The position numbers were made by a program, and so were the translations under genes. Of a DNA stretch of 64,000 nucleotides, positions 39,026-50,407 are shown one piece after another; the first letter of the stretch is position 1; each line of letters opens with the position of its first letter. The notes beneath the pieces were generated by a model. It searched no databases and was not told where the DNA came from. It saw nothing but the letters and a program-made list of their open reading frames with translations. Origin of the DNA: Isurus oxyrinchus (lineage: Eukaryota). The stretch lies in contig JANJGN010000005.1 of assembly GCA_026770705.1 (NCBI GenBank), positions 187,488,001-187,552,000 on the forward strand. The letters run 5' to 3'.

Positions 39026-39384
39026 GTGAAGTCTGTAAATGGTACACACTGCTACCCCTGTGCCTTTGCCCTGCTCCTCCACAAGGTGCGCTATACCTTA
39101 GTGATAGACTCGGCATTTAAATCCATGAAGGGCCATGAAGTTGCTACATTCACCCGTTTGTTAGCGACTATACACGCCAGAAAACATTAAGGCTGGTGCA
39201 TTCTGCCGTAAGTGAATTTCTAACGCTGTGATAAATATTGATTACTCCCAATCAGCCTCTCTAGCTATGAAAAATTAATTTTACAAGTGTGGACTTACAT
39301 TCCTTCAAAATTTAATCATTGGAGATTATTTTAAAAATTTCATCTTTATTTGTCTCTTTTACTTATCACACCCTCTCTCTCTAT

Positions 39385-40197
39385 TGTAGCTCTGTTGGGA
39401 ACATTCTCACCAATGAGTTAGAAGATTATAGGTTCAAGTCCCACTCAAGCACTTGAGCACAAAATCTAGGCTAACACTCACAGTGCACTACTGAGGGAAT
39501 ACTGCACTCTCATAAGTGCATTCTTTTGACTTTAAGCCAAGGTCCTGTCTGCCCTCTCTGGGTACTATTTCTGAAGAAAAGGGCAGTTATCTCTGGTGTC
39601 ATAGCTAATATCAACATCACAAAAATATATTGTCTGACCATTACCACTATCCTGTTTTTGGGAGCTTGCTGTGCACAAATTGGCCACTACTCTTCCTACC
39701 TTACAATATTGACTACACTACAAAAAGTATCTCATTGACAGTAAAGTGCTTTGTGATTCCTGGTGACCCTAAAAGGTGCAATAGCAAAGCAAATCTTTTT
39801 TATTTCTTTTGCTTTCCATGCATTATTTTACAATTATTCTAATTTATATTGGTGGAGTGCTGCACTGTCTGTGGTGCTGTTTCTCAGATGAGACATTACA
39901 CCAAGGCCCAGTCTTCCCTCTCAGGTGGATGTAAAAGATCCCATGGCACTACTTTGAATATGAGCAATGGAGTTTTCCCTTGTGTCTTGATCAATTTTAT
40001 CCCTCAACCAGCATTGCTAAAACATATTATTTGGACATTATCACATTGCTGTTTGGACCTTGGTGAGCGCAAATTGGTTGTCATGGTTCCTACATTACGA
40101 CAGTGACTACCCTTTCAAAAAGTACTTGATTAGCTGTAAAGCGCCTTGAGACATCCTGAGGTCTTGAAGGGCACAGCATAGGTGCAAGTCTTTCTTT
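39385..40197 (+). mobile_element. Two adjacent Deu-domain SINEs (~39385-39800 and ~39850-40197)
   Basis: GGTTCAAGTCCC head in the first; CTCTCAGGTGGATGTAAAAGATCCCATGGCACTA core in the second. Confidence 0.78.
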
Positions 40198-40462
40198 CTT
40201 GGCTGAAGAACATAAGGTTCCAAGCCTTAGGCCCAGTGATCAATAGAAGAATAATTTAGAACCACTGATCTCATGTATAAGGCAATGGAGAAGGTTTCCA
40301 CGTACAAATGTTGGAATGTGAAGGCATGGGAGGAAGTATGGATCACTAATACATTGCAGGGAGCTTTTCATGGTGTGCAGAACTTGTCGGAGTGAATGAC
40401 AAGCTAGGGTATTTCTGCAGCAGCAAAATGCTTTGATGAAGATGAACTTCTAATTACCTTTC

Positions 40463-41069
40463 CTTGAATCTTGCTGATATGAGGGACATGTTGCTGAAGA
40501 TTTTCTTTCTTGCACTCATCAGGACAAACACAAGAATGCCAAATTTCAAATGCTTACAACAATTGATATGACAGGAGAAAAGGATGCTAATTGGTTGGCA
40601 AGCTGAGTCTGGCTTGGCCGTGGAGAACCCATTGGAGAAGTATCGGCTCTCCAAGATCCCAGGTATTTCAAAAGAGATGCAAGAATTGAACATATTCCTT
40701 TTGTTTGCAGAGAATGGGTCCCTGTGTATGAATGTATGTCACTTCTAGCAAGTGTAAATGAGCCGCATTCTGAGTTCAACTGATTATCTTAAATTGGTTG
40801 TTGTTGTTGTAGGTATTGGCACACTCAAGATTGTTCAGCAGGTGCTGCCAAACCACGGAATCACATCTAACAGTAAATGTTTTGTTTTAGGATTGTAAAA
40901 GTGGGCTAGTTGAGTACATTCCGTACTCTGCCTATTAGGAACAATTGAAGGAACATGCTGCTTGATTCGATCAGCCAATCACTTGGATGTATGCCTACGT
41001 TGTCTTTGTTCTGATGAATGCAAGATGAAATGCTTCAACAACATGTCTCTCTTTTCAGCAATATTCAAG
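40463..41069. mobile_element. ~600-bp element bounded by ~70-bp inverted repeats that each contain a hammerhead-like motif (Penelope-like)
   Basis: 40463-40533 is a diverged reverse complement of 41000-41069; both carry CTGATGA-(G/A)TGCAAGA-..GAAA-N-(G/T)CTTC. Confidence 0.65.
41007..41040 (+). ncRNA. Minimal hammerhead ribozyme motif, second family (decayed)
   Basis: TGTT-CTGATGA-ATGCAAGAT-GAA-ATGCTT-C-AACA: stem I TGTT/AACA, intact core, UUC cleavage triplet. Confidence 0.55.
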
Positions 41070-41084
41070 TCCTGTACTAGCAAG

Positions 41085-41760
41085 CAACTGTTTAATTACC
41101 ACTCCATCATCAAGACTGCACCTACTTGCATCTCTGTAACATCGTCCACCTCTGCCCTGCCTCAGCTCATCTGCTGCTGAAACCCTCATCTATGCCTTTG
41201 CTACCTGTAGACTCAGCTATTCTAATGCTCTCCTGGCTGGCCTTCCTTTTTACAAGCTCCACAAACTCGAGCTCATCCAAAGTTCTATTGCCCATATCCT
41301 GCTCCTGTTTACTACCCATCCTCCCTGTCTTCACCGATGTACATTGGCTTCAGGTCACGGCAATGCCGCGATTTTAAAGCTCTTGGCCTTGTTTTCAAAT
41401 CCCTCTGCAGCCTCACCCCTTCCCTTTCTCTTCAGCTAACCTTCAGCCCTACAAACCTCGAAGAACACTGCGCTCTTCCAATTCTGAAATCATGTGAACC
41501 CTGATTTTAATGGCTGCACAATGGCTGGATGTGCCATTGTGGTACCTGGGCCCTAAGCTCTGGAAATCCGTTCCTAACCCTCTCTATCTCTCTACCTCTT
41601 CTTTCGTTCTTAAAAGTGCTCCTTAAAACCTACCTCTTGAACAAGTTAGCTGCCCTAACATCCCTTTACATGGCTTGGTGTTAAATCTTGTTTGATAATG
41701 CACCCGTAAAGCATGGGTTGTATGTTTTACTCCATTAATTTCACTATATAAATCAGGTTG
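41085..41760 (+). mobile_element. L2-type LINE 3' fragment
   Basis: CTGCTGAAACCCTCATCTATGCCTTTG..TATTCTAATGCTCTCCTGGCTGG, ACATTGGCT, CTCCTTAAAACCTACCTCTT. Confidence 0.78.
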
Positions 41761-43077
41761 CTATCCTAGATTTGTCCATTTTGTATGTTGATGGCATTGA
41801 ACACACTCAAGCTGTTTGTTTCTGCTGCTTTGCAGTCTGATTTCATTTTCCAGTCTACATGGCATCGAGACCAGCAGGTTAAAATGACTGTTTCATCCTG
41901 TTAATCTAAGAGACGGAATGGAGAAAGGAGGGTCTGCCCAGAATAGGGAAATGAATTGTCGTTTAACATTCTGTATTAAATAAAGCACCGAGCCCTTTTA
42001 AATCATCCTTTTCTAGGAAACGTAAAATAAATCAGTGCGTGTACCAAGGGAGATGAATTTAAGAGCGCATGGAGAGTTAGAAGTTTTATGCTGGATATAG
42101 AATTTCCCAGTAATTAAATGCATGATTTTTCTCAAACCTTGAGTAATTACGTAACAGTCATTAAACCTCTTGTGGGAGTGTTATTAGTTACCAAGGACAT
42201 GGAGCATATTGGTGGTAATGTTCACATTGACAGCAGCTGCCATTACAACCGGTCCCTCTCAGCCACTAAGCAGAATAAACCCTTGCCATAAAACTTAAGC
42301 AATATGTATTAAAAAGTAGTGCCGGATACCAAGGAGTGAGTTCAAACTGTAATTTAAACCTGGGCATTCAGGGGACAGTTAGAATTCCACTGCAGTGTTA
42401 CTCTTGGAAAACTCTTCAGTTTGAAAACTGCGCCACTGCCTTTATTCTCCAGACAAAACTTGCTGCCTATTAAATCCAAGCAGTTGGCAGCAGAATATTT
42501 GTTCAGCGGAATGGGAATGAATCCAAGGTCAGTGGTTCTAAATTCATCAAAAATAATTCAGCCAGTGGCATAAGCTTTGAGTCTAGAATTCAGGTGGTCT
42601 GTAACGGCTGGACATTCAGCCTTTTTTGACTTTTTGAACCACTCGGGTTTAACTAACCCTGTGCCAGTCAAACTACCGAGAAAATACAAATTATGCTGTT
42701 GGCTTTCTTGATGGGAAGAGGGTTGTGGATTTTTGTGCCTATTAATTCCTGAGGATTGGAAGTCTTTTTTTTTTACTTTGAGTACCCAGTGTCCATATCG
42801 AATGGCAGGGCAAACCTACTTCTACTCTCACTATTCTCACAATCCTGCATATTCTTACTATCCTGCATGAAATCTCCACTTCACAGACTTGCACCAAATT
42901 TCTGGAATGACGTTGCGAGTTTGCATCATTTGGGTTTTTGGGTTGGTGAAATTTAACTCAAGGTTGAGATGTGCCTATTTTTGCTGAAATTCATTTCACA
43001 TTGGGGTCCCAATGCGTACAGAAAGGAGACCATCATTTAGTCAGGGCTAAATTCAAGCCAAGGTCTCAAAATCAGAA

Positions 43078-43425
43078 AAAGAAAAACTTGCATTTCTAAA
43101 GCCTCTTTCGCAGCCATCTTAGAGGGCTTTACAGTCAATGAAATACTTTTGAAGTGTAGACACTGTAGGATTGAGGGATAAATATTGGCCAGGTATTGGG
43201 GGTGGCTCCCTGCTCCTCTTCGAAATAGTACCTTGGATCTTTTACATCCACCTGAGAGAGCAGACGGGTTTAATATCTGATCCAAAAGACAGCATCGTCA
43301 ACAGTGTAGCACTCCCTCGGTAGTGCACTGGAGTATCAGCCCTGATTTTTGTGCTCAAGTACTGGAGTGGAACTTGAAATCAGAACCTTGTGACTCAGAG
43401 ACCAGCATACTACCAACGGAACCAC
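43078..43425 (-). mobile_element. Deu-domain SINE
   Basis: GGATCTTTTACATCCACCTGAGAG core, tRNA head near 43370-43420. Confidence 0.8.
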
Positions 43426-43451
43426 CTCAAAACTGGAGGTGAAAGATTCAA

Positions 43452-43790
43452 GGTCATAGAAACAGGAGTAGGCCATTCAGCCCCTCAAACCATTGCTGAT
43501 CTGCGACCTAACTCCATATAACCATCTTTGCCTTAATTTCATTCAAAAACAAAAATAGCTGGAAAAACTCAGCAGGTCTGATAGCATCTGTGGAGAGGAA
43601 GACAGAGTTAACATTACGAGTCTGTATGACTCTTCATCAGAACTTAATTTCATTGCTTACCAAAACTTTTAACAATCTCAATTTTAAAATTAATGATTGA
43701 TCCAGCATCAATTGCCATTTGTGGAAGGGAGTTCCAAAGTTCTCCAATCTTTTGTGTGAAGAAGTGTTTCCTAATTTCACCCCAGAAAGG
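43452..43790 (-). mobile_element. CR1 3' fragment (host of the 43544 mini-element)
   Basis: CATAGAAACAGGAGTAGGCCATTCAGCCCCTC...GTGTGAAGAAGTGTTTCCT. Confidence 0.7.
43544..43642 (-). mobile_element. ~100-bp Penelope-derived mini-element with a mutated hammerhead (GAA>GTA)
   Basis: Perfect 12-bp duplication CTTAATTTCATT at 43532-43543 and 43643-43654; inserted in a CR1 3' fragment. Confidence 0.82.
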
Positions 43791-43991
43791 AAACCTTTTG
43801 TACTACTGACCCCACCTCATATTACACTCTTCACAGTAATGGATCAGAAAATGTCCTATGTAATCTGGAGCTTGTGATGTTGAACTGTTGATATATAAGA
43901 CAGTATAAGACACTGCTCAAGTACTTTAAATGGGAATGCAGGTTAATTGTAGGTAATTATAAAGTCCTCATGGCAGTTACAGATCAATAAA

Positions 43992-44382
43992 TGGCTTAGA
44001 GAAGAGAAGGTTGAGAGGAGATTTGATAGGAATGTTCAAAATCATGAGGGTTCTGGACAGAGAGGATCTGTCCCCGTTGGTGGGAAAGTCTAGAATCAGA
44101 GAACACAGATTTAAGGTGATTAGCAAAAGAACCAATGGCAGCATGAGGAAAAACTTATTTACACAATGAGTGCTCAGGATCTGGAATGCACTGTTGAGAC
44201 TGTGGTGGAAGTATATTCAATCGTGGCTTTCAAAAGGGAATTAGATAATTATCTGAAGAGAAACAATTTGCAGGGCCACAGGGAAAGGGCTGCGTAGGGC
44301 ACCCGGCTGAGTTGCTCTTGCAGAGAGCTGGCACAGACACGATGGGTCAAATGGCCTTTGTCTGTGCTGTAACCATTCTATT
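43992..44382 (+). mobile_element. CR1 3' fragment
   Basis: GAGAAGAGAAGGTTGAGAGGAGATTTGATAG...GATGGGTCAAATGGCCTTTGTCTGTGCTGT. Confidence 0.8.
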
Positions 44383-44487
44383 ATCCTACACTTAGGTCCT
44401 AAGATCAAAAAGCCAGCATTGTGTTTGCAGCAATAACTTTATATGATATCTGGAGAATAATAGGCTTCCACTAGATGTCAGATTTTG

Positions 44488-44890
44488 GGGGTAATTTTAA
44501 CCTAACCGAATGATTTTTCTGGGTGGGAGGTCAAGTATCACCAGAAGCACTGGATTTAAGAGCCACTCCAGTAGTTGTTGGGCATGGAAGGAATGTTCAT
44601 GCTGCCACCGAGCATGTTGATAATTATCCCTTCCAACACACTTATGGCAGAGTGGGAGAAATTCCTGGTCAGCCATGCTTGATGCACATTGCTGCCTCTC
44701 GAGTTTTACCAACTTGTCTTTTTCTAACGGAGAGAGATGCCTATAGTCTGTCACGGAGTATGGTAATCACAGATGGAATGATTTACTAACCCTTGAATCC
44801 AATGAAAGGTGAAATTCAGTGAGGTGTAAAACAAGATGATTCAATCCTTTCAGTTCCCTGGCACGTGGATTTGAGGTTAAATTACAACTT
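44488..44890. mobile_element. Possible old MITE
   Basis: GTAATTTTAACCT at 44491 and AGGTTAAATTAC at 44874 form an imperfect terminal inverted repeat. Confidence 0.35.
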
Positions 44891-46061
44891 TATATCTATT
44901 GCAAATCTTGTTCAACTTGGCTTTACATTTTTTTGTGTCGACTTTTTCTCCATTATAAATTCCTATGTCCATGTTTATAATGGGTTTTGCCTAGTAAACC
45001 CATTACCCTGTACAGTATGGCCACAGGCTTCACAGAAATCATCAAAGTTACATTCTAAAAATGTTTTCAATGAAAACGAATTCTCAGTAACTGAAATTTC
45101 TAATGTCCAAATAAGGTTTTCTAAAAATTATTTCCTCAAACTTAGTTTGCAACAACATGCTGACACTTATCCATTGAATTGTATTTTATGACCATTAATA
45201 CCTCCATTATAGTTTTTACTTTCACTCTGTTACTATTGGCTGACATGCTTCATTGCCCCATCATTAGTGGGCGCCACATCTCCAGGACACCCAGCACTGC
45301 AACAAGGCGGAAAGCCTGGTAAGTTTCCCTCAGCTGGAGAGGATGTGGAGGTTTCCACAGCAGCAACATATAAACTGCCCTCCCCTCACCCTCCCCCCAC
45401 CCCATCTCACCTCTATGGCCCCCTTACATCTGGCCCCGTTGCCATGGCAAGTACCTCAAATGTGCCTGTACATTGTTTTTGGAACCTGCACCACTGGTAG
45501 AGAAATGAAGAGAGCTCTCACTGACCCCACAAACTTTTGGCAGGGATAACAGGGAAGCTTTGGTGCAAGTACCTTTCAGCAGTGCCTGGTTCTGGAGAGT
45601 GCAGACCATGCTAATCACCTAGTGGCCCATGCCTTGGTGGGGAGTTGGGGGGGGGCAGGCCATTGGCCAAGGAACCAATCAGTCTGGATGGTCAGTGACC
45701 AAAACAGCCAATCTGGTGCGCCCCCTTCCTGATTGACAGACTAATCAGCCAATTATTGCTGTTGTCCTCAACAACAGCAATCATGGGTGGAGTAGTAGAA
45801 CCCACCAGATTCCCCAGTTCCTCCTTTCTTGCTTACCTTGTGGACTTCTGTTTGTGCCTTGTCATCATCAAGTGTTGCTTCCTTAATCTTCAATCTTCTT
45901 TCTTCAGACTGGCTGGAGCACAAGGTATGAGGTAAAGCACCTAGTGCCTCATTTCTCTGGCCCATACTGACCCTCCTCCTTCAAGGGTGTGGAGCCAGGG
46001 CCCTTCCCAACCTCCTCCAGTCACTACCCTTAGTGTTAATATGGAGCTGACTTATGATTTG

Positions 46062-47030
46062 CAGATGAAGGACAGGGTTTGGGCAGTCAGGAGGTGAGTT
46101 ATTTACTGCAGAACTCCCAGCCTCTGACCTGCTCTTGTAGCCACAGTATTTATATGGCTGGTCCATTTCAGATTTAGTCAATGGTAACCCCCAGGTTGTT
46201 GATAGTGGGGGATTCAGTGATGGTAATGCCATTGCATATGATGGGAAGATGGTTGGATTCTCTTTTGTTGGAGATAGTCATTGCCTGGCACTTGTGTGCT
46301 GCAAATGTTACTTGCCACAGCGCTTGATAGCACTGTCGATGACTCCTTCCATCACTTTGCTGATGATGGAGAGCAGACTGATGGGGCAGTAATTGGCCGG
46401 GTTGGATTTGTCCCACTTTTTGTGTACAGGACATACCTGGGCAATTTTCCACATTGCCGGGTAGATGCCAGTGTTGTAGCTGTACTAGAACAGCTTGGCT
46501 AAGGGCACAGCTAGTTCTGGAGCATAAGTCTTCAGTAATATTGTCAGAATGTTGTCAGGACCCATATCCTTTGCAGTATCCAGTGCCTTCAGCTGTTTCT
46601 TGATATCACATGGAATGAATCGAATTGGCTGAAGATTCGCATCTGTGATGCTGGGACCTCCGGAGGAGGCCGAGATGGATCATCCACTCAGCACTTCTGG
46701 CTGAAGTTTGTTGCAAATGCTTCAGCCTTGTATTTTGCACTGATATGCTGGGCTCCTCTATCATTGAGGATGGGGATAATTGTGGAACCCCCTTCTCCAG
46801 TGAGTTGTTTAATTGGCCGCCACCATTCATAACTGGATGTGGCAGGACTGCGGAGCTTAGATCTGATCTGTTGGTTGTGGGATTGCTTAGCTCTGTCTAT
46901 CACATGCTGTTTTCACTGTTTGGCATGCAAATAGTCCTGTGTTATAGCTTCACCAGGTTGACACCTCATTTATAGGTATGCCTGGTGCTTCTCCTGGCAT
47001 GTCCTCCTGCACTCTTCATTGAACCATGAG
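46062..47030 (-). mobile_element. LINE ORF2 fragment (CR1/L2 group), internally deleted
   Basis: QIRSKLRSPATSSYEWW, IPILND, KAEAFATNFSQKC, KCQAMTISNKRESNHLP, LGVTID. Confidence 0.8.
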
Positions 47031-47486
47031 GCAGTCATGAAGCAGTTTTCTGACAAATAATTGATGACTGTCTGGGTATTGGATTGTGTGCCATGTTTCT
47101 GTATCTCCTGGTTCATTTTCACTGCTACCTGGCCATGGTGGCACACTCCACCATTTCCATAATTCGCTGATCACAAGGCCTGGGGTCTATCTTCCTGGTT
47201 TTGACTCTGGTTGTGGCTGTGGTGGTAGAGCTTTGACAACATGAGGTGGAATTCCAATGGTGGGGACAATGCCGCAAACTGGCAGATTCTTTCTTGTTAC
47301 TGAAGCCCAGGAGAGCATCCTGGATTCCTCAGCTACAGTGGGTGTTGGATCAGCAGCTGAAGGGGATGAGGTCCACAGCAACAAGTGGCTCTGGTCCTGG
47401 TTCTGAATGTGTTCTTCTAAGGTTTCTATGTTCCTATGTTCCCTCTCGGTCTTAGTTCTCCCTTGATGGTGAGTGAGTGCATGTAT

Positions 47487-47625
47487 GTGAGCGAGAGAGT
47501 GTGAGCGAGAGAGTGTGAGCAAGAGAGTGTGAGCGAGAGAGTGTGAGCGAGAGAGTGTGAGCGAGAGAGTGTGAGCGAGAAAGTGTGAGCAAGAGAGTGT
47601 GAGCGAGAGAGTGTGTGCGAGTGAG
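47487..47625. repeat. 14-bp minisatellite (GTGAGCGAGAGAGT)n, ~10 units
   Basis: Directly visible tandem units. Confidence 0.92.
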
Positions 47626-48279
47626 TAAATGTGAGAGAGAACCCTGAGACTGAGAGTGAACCGCACACACACACATACACACACTCACACTGCTTGTTGT
47701 GGGGATGCACACCCTCACCCTCCCCCTCATCATTCCTCCCCAAAATCCTATCCACACACCCCACGGGGAGAAATGGAAAACCCAGGTTGAAAGGCAACTC
47801 ACTTCCGACTCCCACTTTCTTATGAATTTCGCCGAGGTTAGCTCAAAGTCTGCACCACCAGAGGTGGGCACAACCAGACTTCTTAGCTTAGCCTCAGTCC
47901 CCTTCCCTTCTCCAGTGACTAGGGGTTGGGGACTAGTCTGTCTCTCTAGTTCTGCTGATTAGACGAAAAGACAAAAAGGGTTTTATTAGTTAGCTCTGCT
48001 GCTTGACACATTTTAATGATCATCTTTATTAATTACTCACTTTTAAAAAATTATCAATTTATTGCTTTGACATTGATTTTTTTTCTTTGGCTCAGCAAGT
48101 TGTCTATGTTTCCTTCATACCTTAACTATTTTTTTAAAAAATTCACGTTATTGTTCTGCCAAAGCAAACCTCAGACAGCTGCGGCTGAGTTTCTTGCTGA
48201 AGGGGAATGAGAAGCTCACATGTAGTATGATTGCATTTTGCAGGGCTGGCAAAAGAGGTTATTTTTGCTCCAATAGAAA

Positions 48280-48482
48280 TGGGAAGTTTTGGAAATTCTC
48301 ATCACATCTAGCAGCATCTGCGCAGAGAGGAACAGAGGTCATTGACCCTTCCTCAGAACTAGTGCATATCATGGACCTGTAGTGTTGACTCAGTTTCTCT
48401 TTCCACAGATGCTGTCTGACCTGCCAAGTATTTCCAACATTTCCTGTTCATATTTCAGGTTTGCAGCATCTGCAGGACTTTG
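48280..48482. mobile_element. Old inverted pair of Penelope-derived terminal repeats
   Basis: GCAGCATCTG..GAGAGGAACAGAG facing CTCAGTTTCTCTTTCCACAGATGCTG. Confidence 0.6.
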
Positions 48483-49217
48483 TTCTCCCACTATATGCTC
48501 CAAGTGTGGGAGCTAGTTTCAATTTAGAATGAGAAAATATTTATCACTCGATGCAACGTGTAATTTTTCTGTTAACAAAGCCCACTTGTGTAGATATAAG
48601 TAGCGCATTATTGCAGGTGAATTGGTTAGTGCTAATTTATTGGAAGGTTTTGTCATTTTTACACTTGGAAGTGAAACCCAGGAGCTATGCTCCAATGGAA
48701 TATGTCACTGTTAGTTTAAGATATTCTCATTTATACATAGGATTGTTGTTTGTGGTGCCTGTGAGGTTCAAGTCTTATGGAGTTTGCTGCCCAGATACTG
48801 CACAAGGCCAGGTTCAAAGAAGCAGAGCTGGTTGCAAAATATGAAAGACCAAGTTGTGTGTAATTGTCTGACAAAGCTGTGATTATAAAGTGTATCATAC
48901 CAAAACCCAAGCTTTCGTTGGGCTTTATAAATAGAGGCATAGAGTACAAAAGCCAGGAAGCTGTACAAAACAATTAAACCCTACAGTGACTATGTTTTTC
49001 AATTCTGGGCACCCGAAAGATGTGAAGGAGAGGGTTGCAGGGGTGAAGGGGGAGGGGGAATAAGGGGCCCGGAAACAGAAGAAGCACCAGGGTCCGTTAT
49101 TCCTCTCCCTGGCCGTGCCTCTCAGTCCTTAACACTGCAGTACACTCCTATGTGATTTTGAAGTGAAAGAGTTGGAGTGACGCACAGTGTGTTGTTCCTT
49201 ATTTAAAATAAGTTGAA

Positions 49218-49775
49218 TTGTGAAAGCTCTAATTATAACAATAATTCAGGACAAAATTAAAAGTCACATGGACAATTGCGAGTTAATTAAGGAAAGCCGG
49301 CATGCATTCCTTAAGAGAAAATCATGTTTAACTAACTTGCTGGAGGTAATGAAAAGGGTTGATGAGGGCAATGCTGTTGATGTGGTGCACATGGACTTCC
49401 AAAACACATTTTGGCACAGTGGTCATGAGGGGTCAGAGTAGAAGGAGACCAGTTTCCCACTAGCGAAAGGATTGAGAACGAGAGAGCATAGATTTAAAGT
49501 AATCGGCAAAACACGCAAAAGCTACATGAGGAAAAGCTTTGTCTTTTCAGCGAGTGGTTAAGATCTGGAAAGCGCCTGAGAGTGTAGTAGAGTCAGGTTC
49601 AATGGAGGCATTCAAAAGGGAATTAGACTATAATCCGAAAAGGAAGGATTTGCAAGGATACAGGGAGAATGCGGGAGAATAGCACTAGGTGAATTGTTCA
49701 CTTGGAGAGCTGGTGCATACATGATGTGCTGAATGGCCCCCTTCTGTGCTGTAACAACTCTGTGATTCTATGAAT
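49218..49775 (+). mobile_element. CR1 fragment (RT piece joined to the 3' end)
   Basis: KRKSCLTNLLE..VDEGNAVDVVHMDFQ followed by the CR1 tail. Confidence 0.82.
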
Positions 49776-50407
49776 GTAATACCGCAGATGGGGTCTGACT
49801 AAGGACAGAAAACTGAAGCATCACTTCCTCCCCCCACTTTGTAAACCAGCCCCCTTGAGGTAAAGGCTAACATTCCATATTCCTTTCGATAATTTTTTAT
49901 AATTAACATAAAACTGTATCTGAGGGAGCTTGTGACAACGATAGCATTCTGTGACACTAACTGAACTCCCTTACACCAATCCTAACTTAGCTGTCATACA
50001 CTGACCCTTGAATTAATGACAGATTAGCTCGCTTATACTAAATTTCACAGGAATAACAAACATACGGAACTAATGGGCAGGAATAGCTGGTTCGTCAAGC
50101 CTGTCCCTCCTGATGACTAAACACTTCCTCCTCCCTGTACCCCCACCAAATGCTCCCTTATCCTGCACCCATGCAATCCTCTGGGAGAAGCAAATAAACA
50201 GAGAAAAGTTCCAACACCAATGAGAAAAGTTCTCTGGAAAATCCCTCTCTGACCCCCTCAGGTGTTTGAGATCAGTTTGAGGGATCACATGGACCAATTG
50301 TAACCTACAGGCACTTAATCTTCTCGGGAGTGATTTCTGCCCAGTCAGGAAACCCTCCGACCTTCTCTTGAAATCCCTCCAGGATTACAACACACAAACA
50401 GACTCTT

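Noticed and set aside
43606-43644. Active hammerhead in the 43.6 kb copy (also 29660, 33875, 48340 and 60480)
   Set aside because: Core nucleotides are mutated or deleted (GAA>GTA, missing CTGATGA, CTATTGA, GAAA>AAAA), so these are relics only.
47187-47871. ORFs of 129-165 aa, one with an SWASVT motif reminiscent of LINE ORF1
   Set aside because: Mostly the 14-bp minisatellite; the remaining similarity is too short to support a call.
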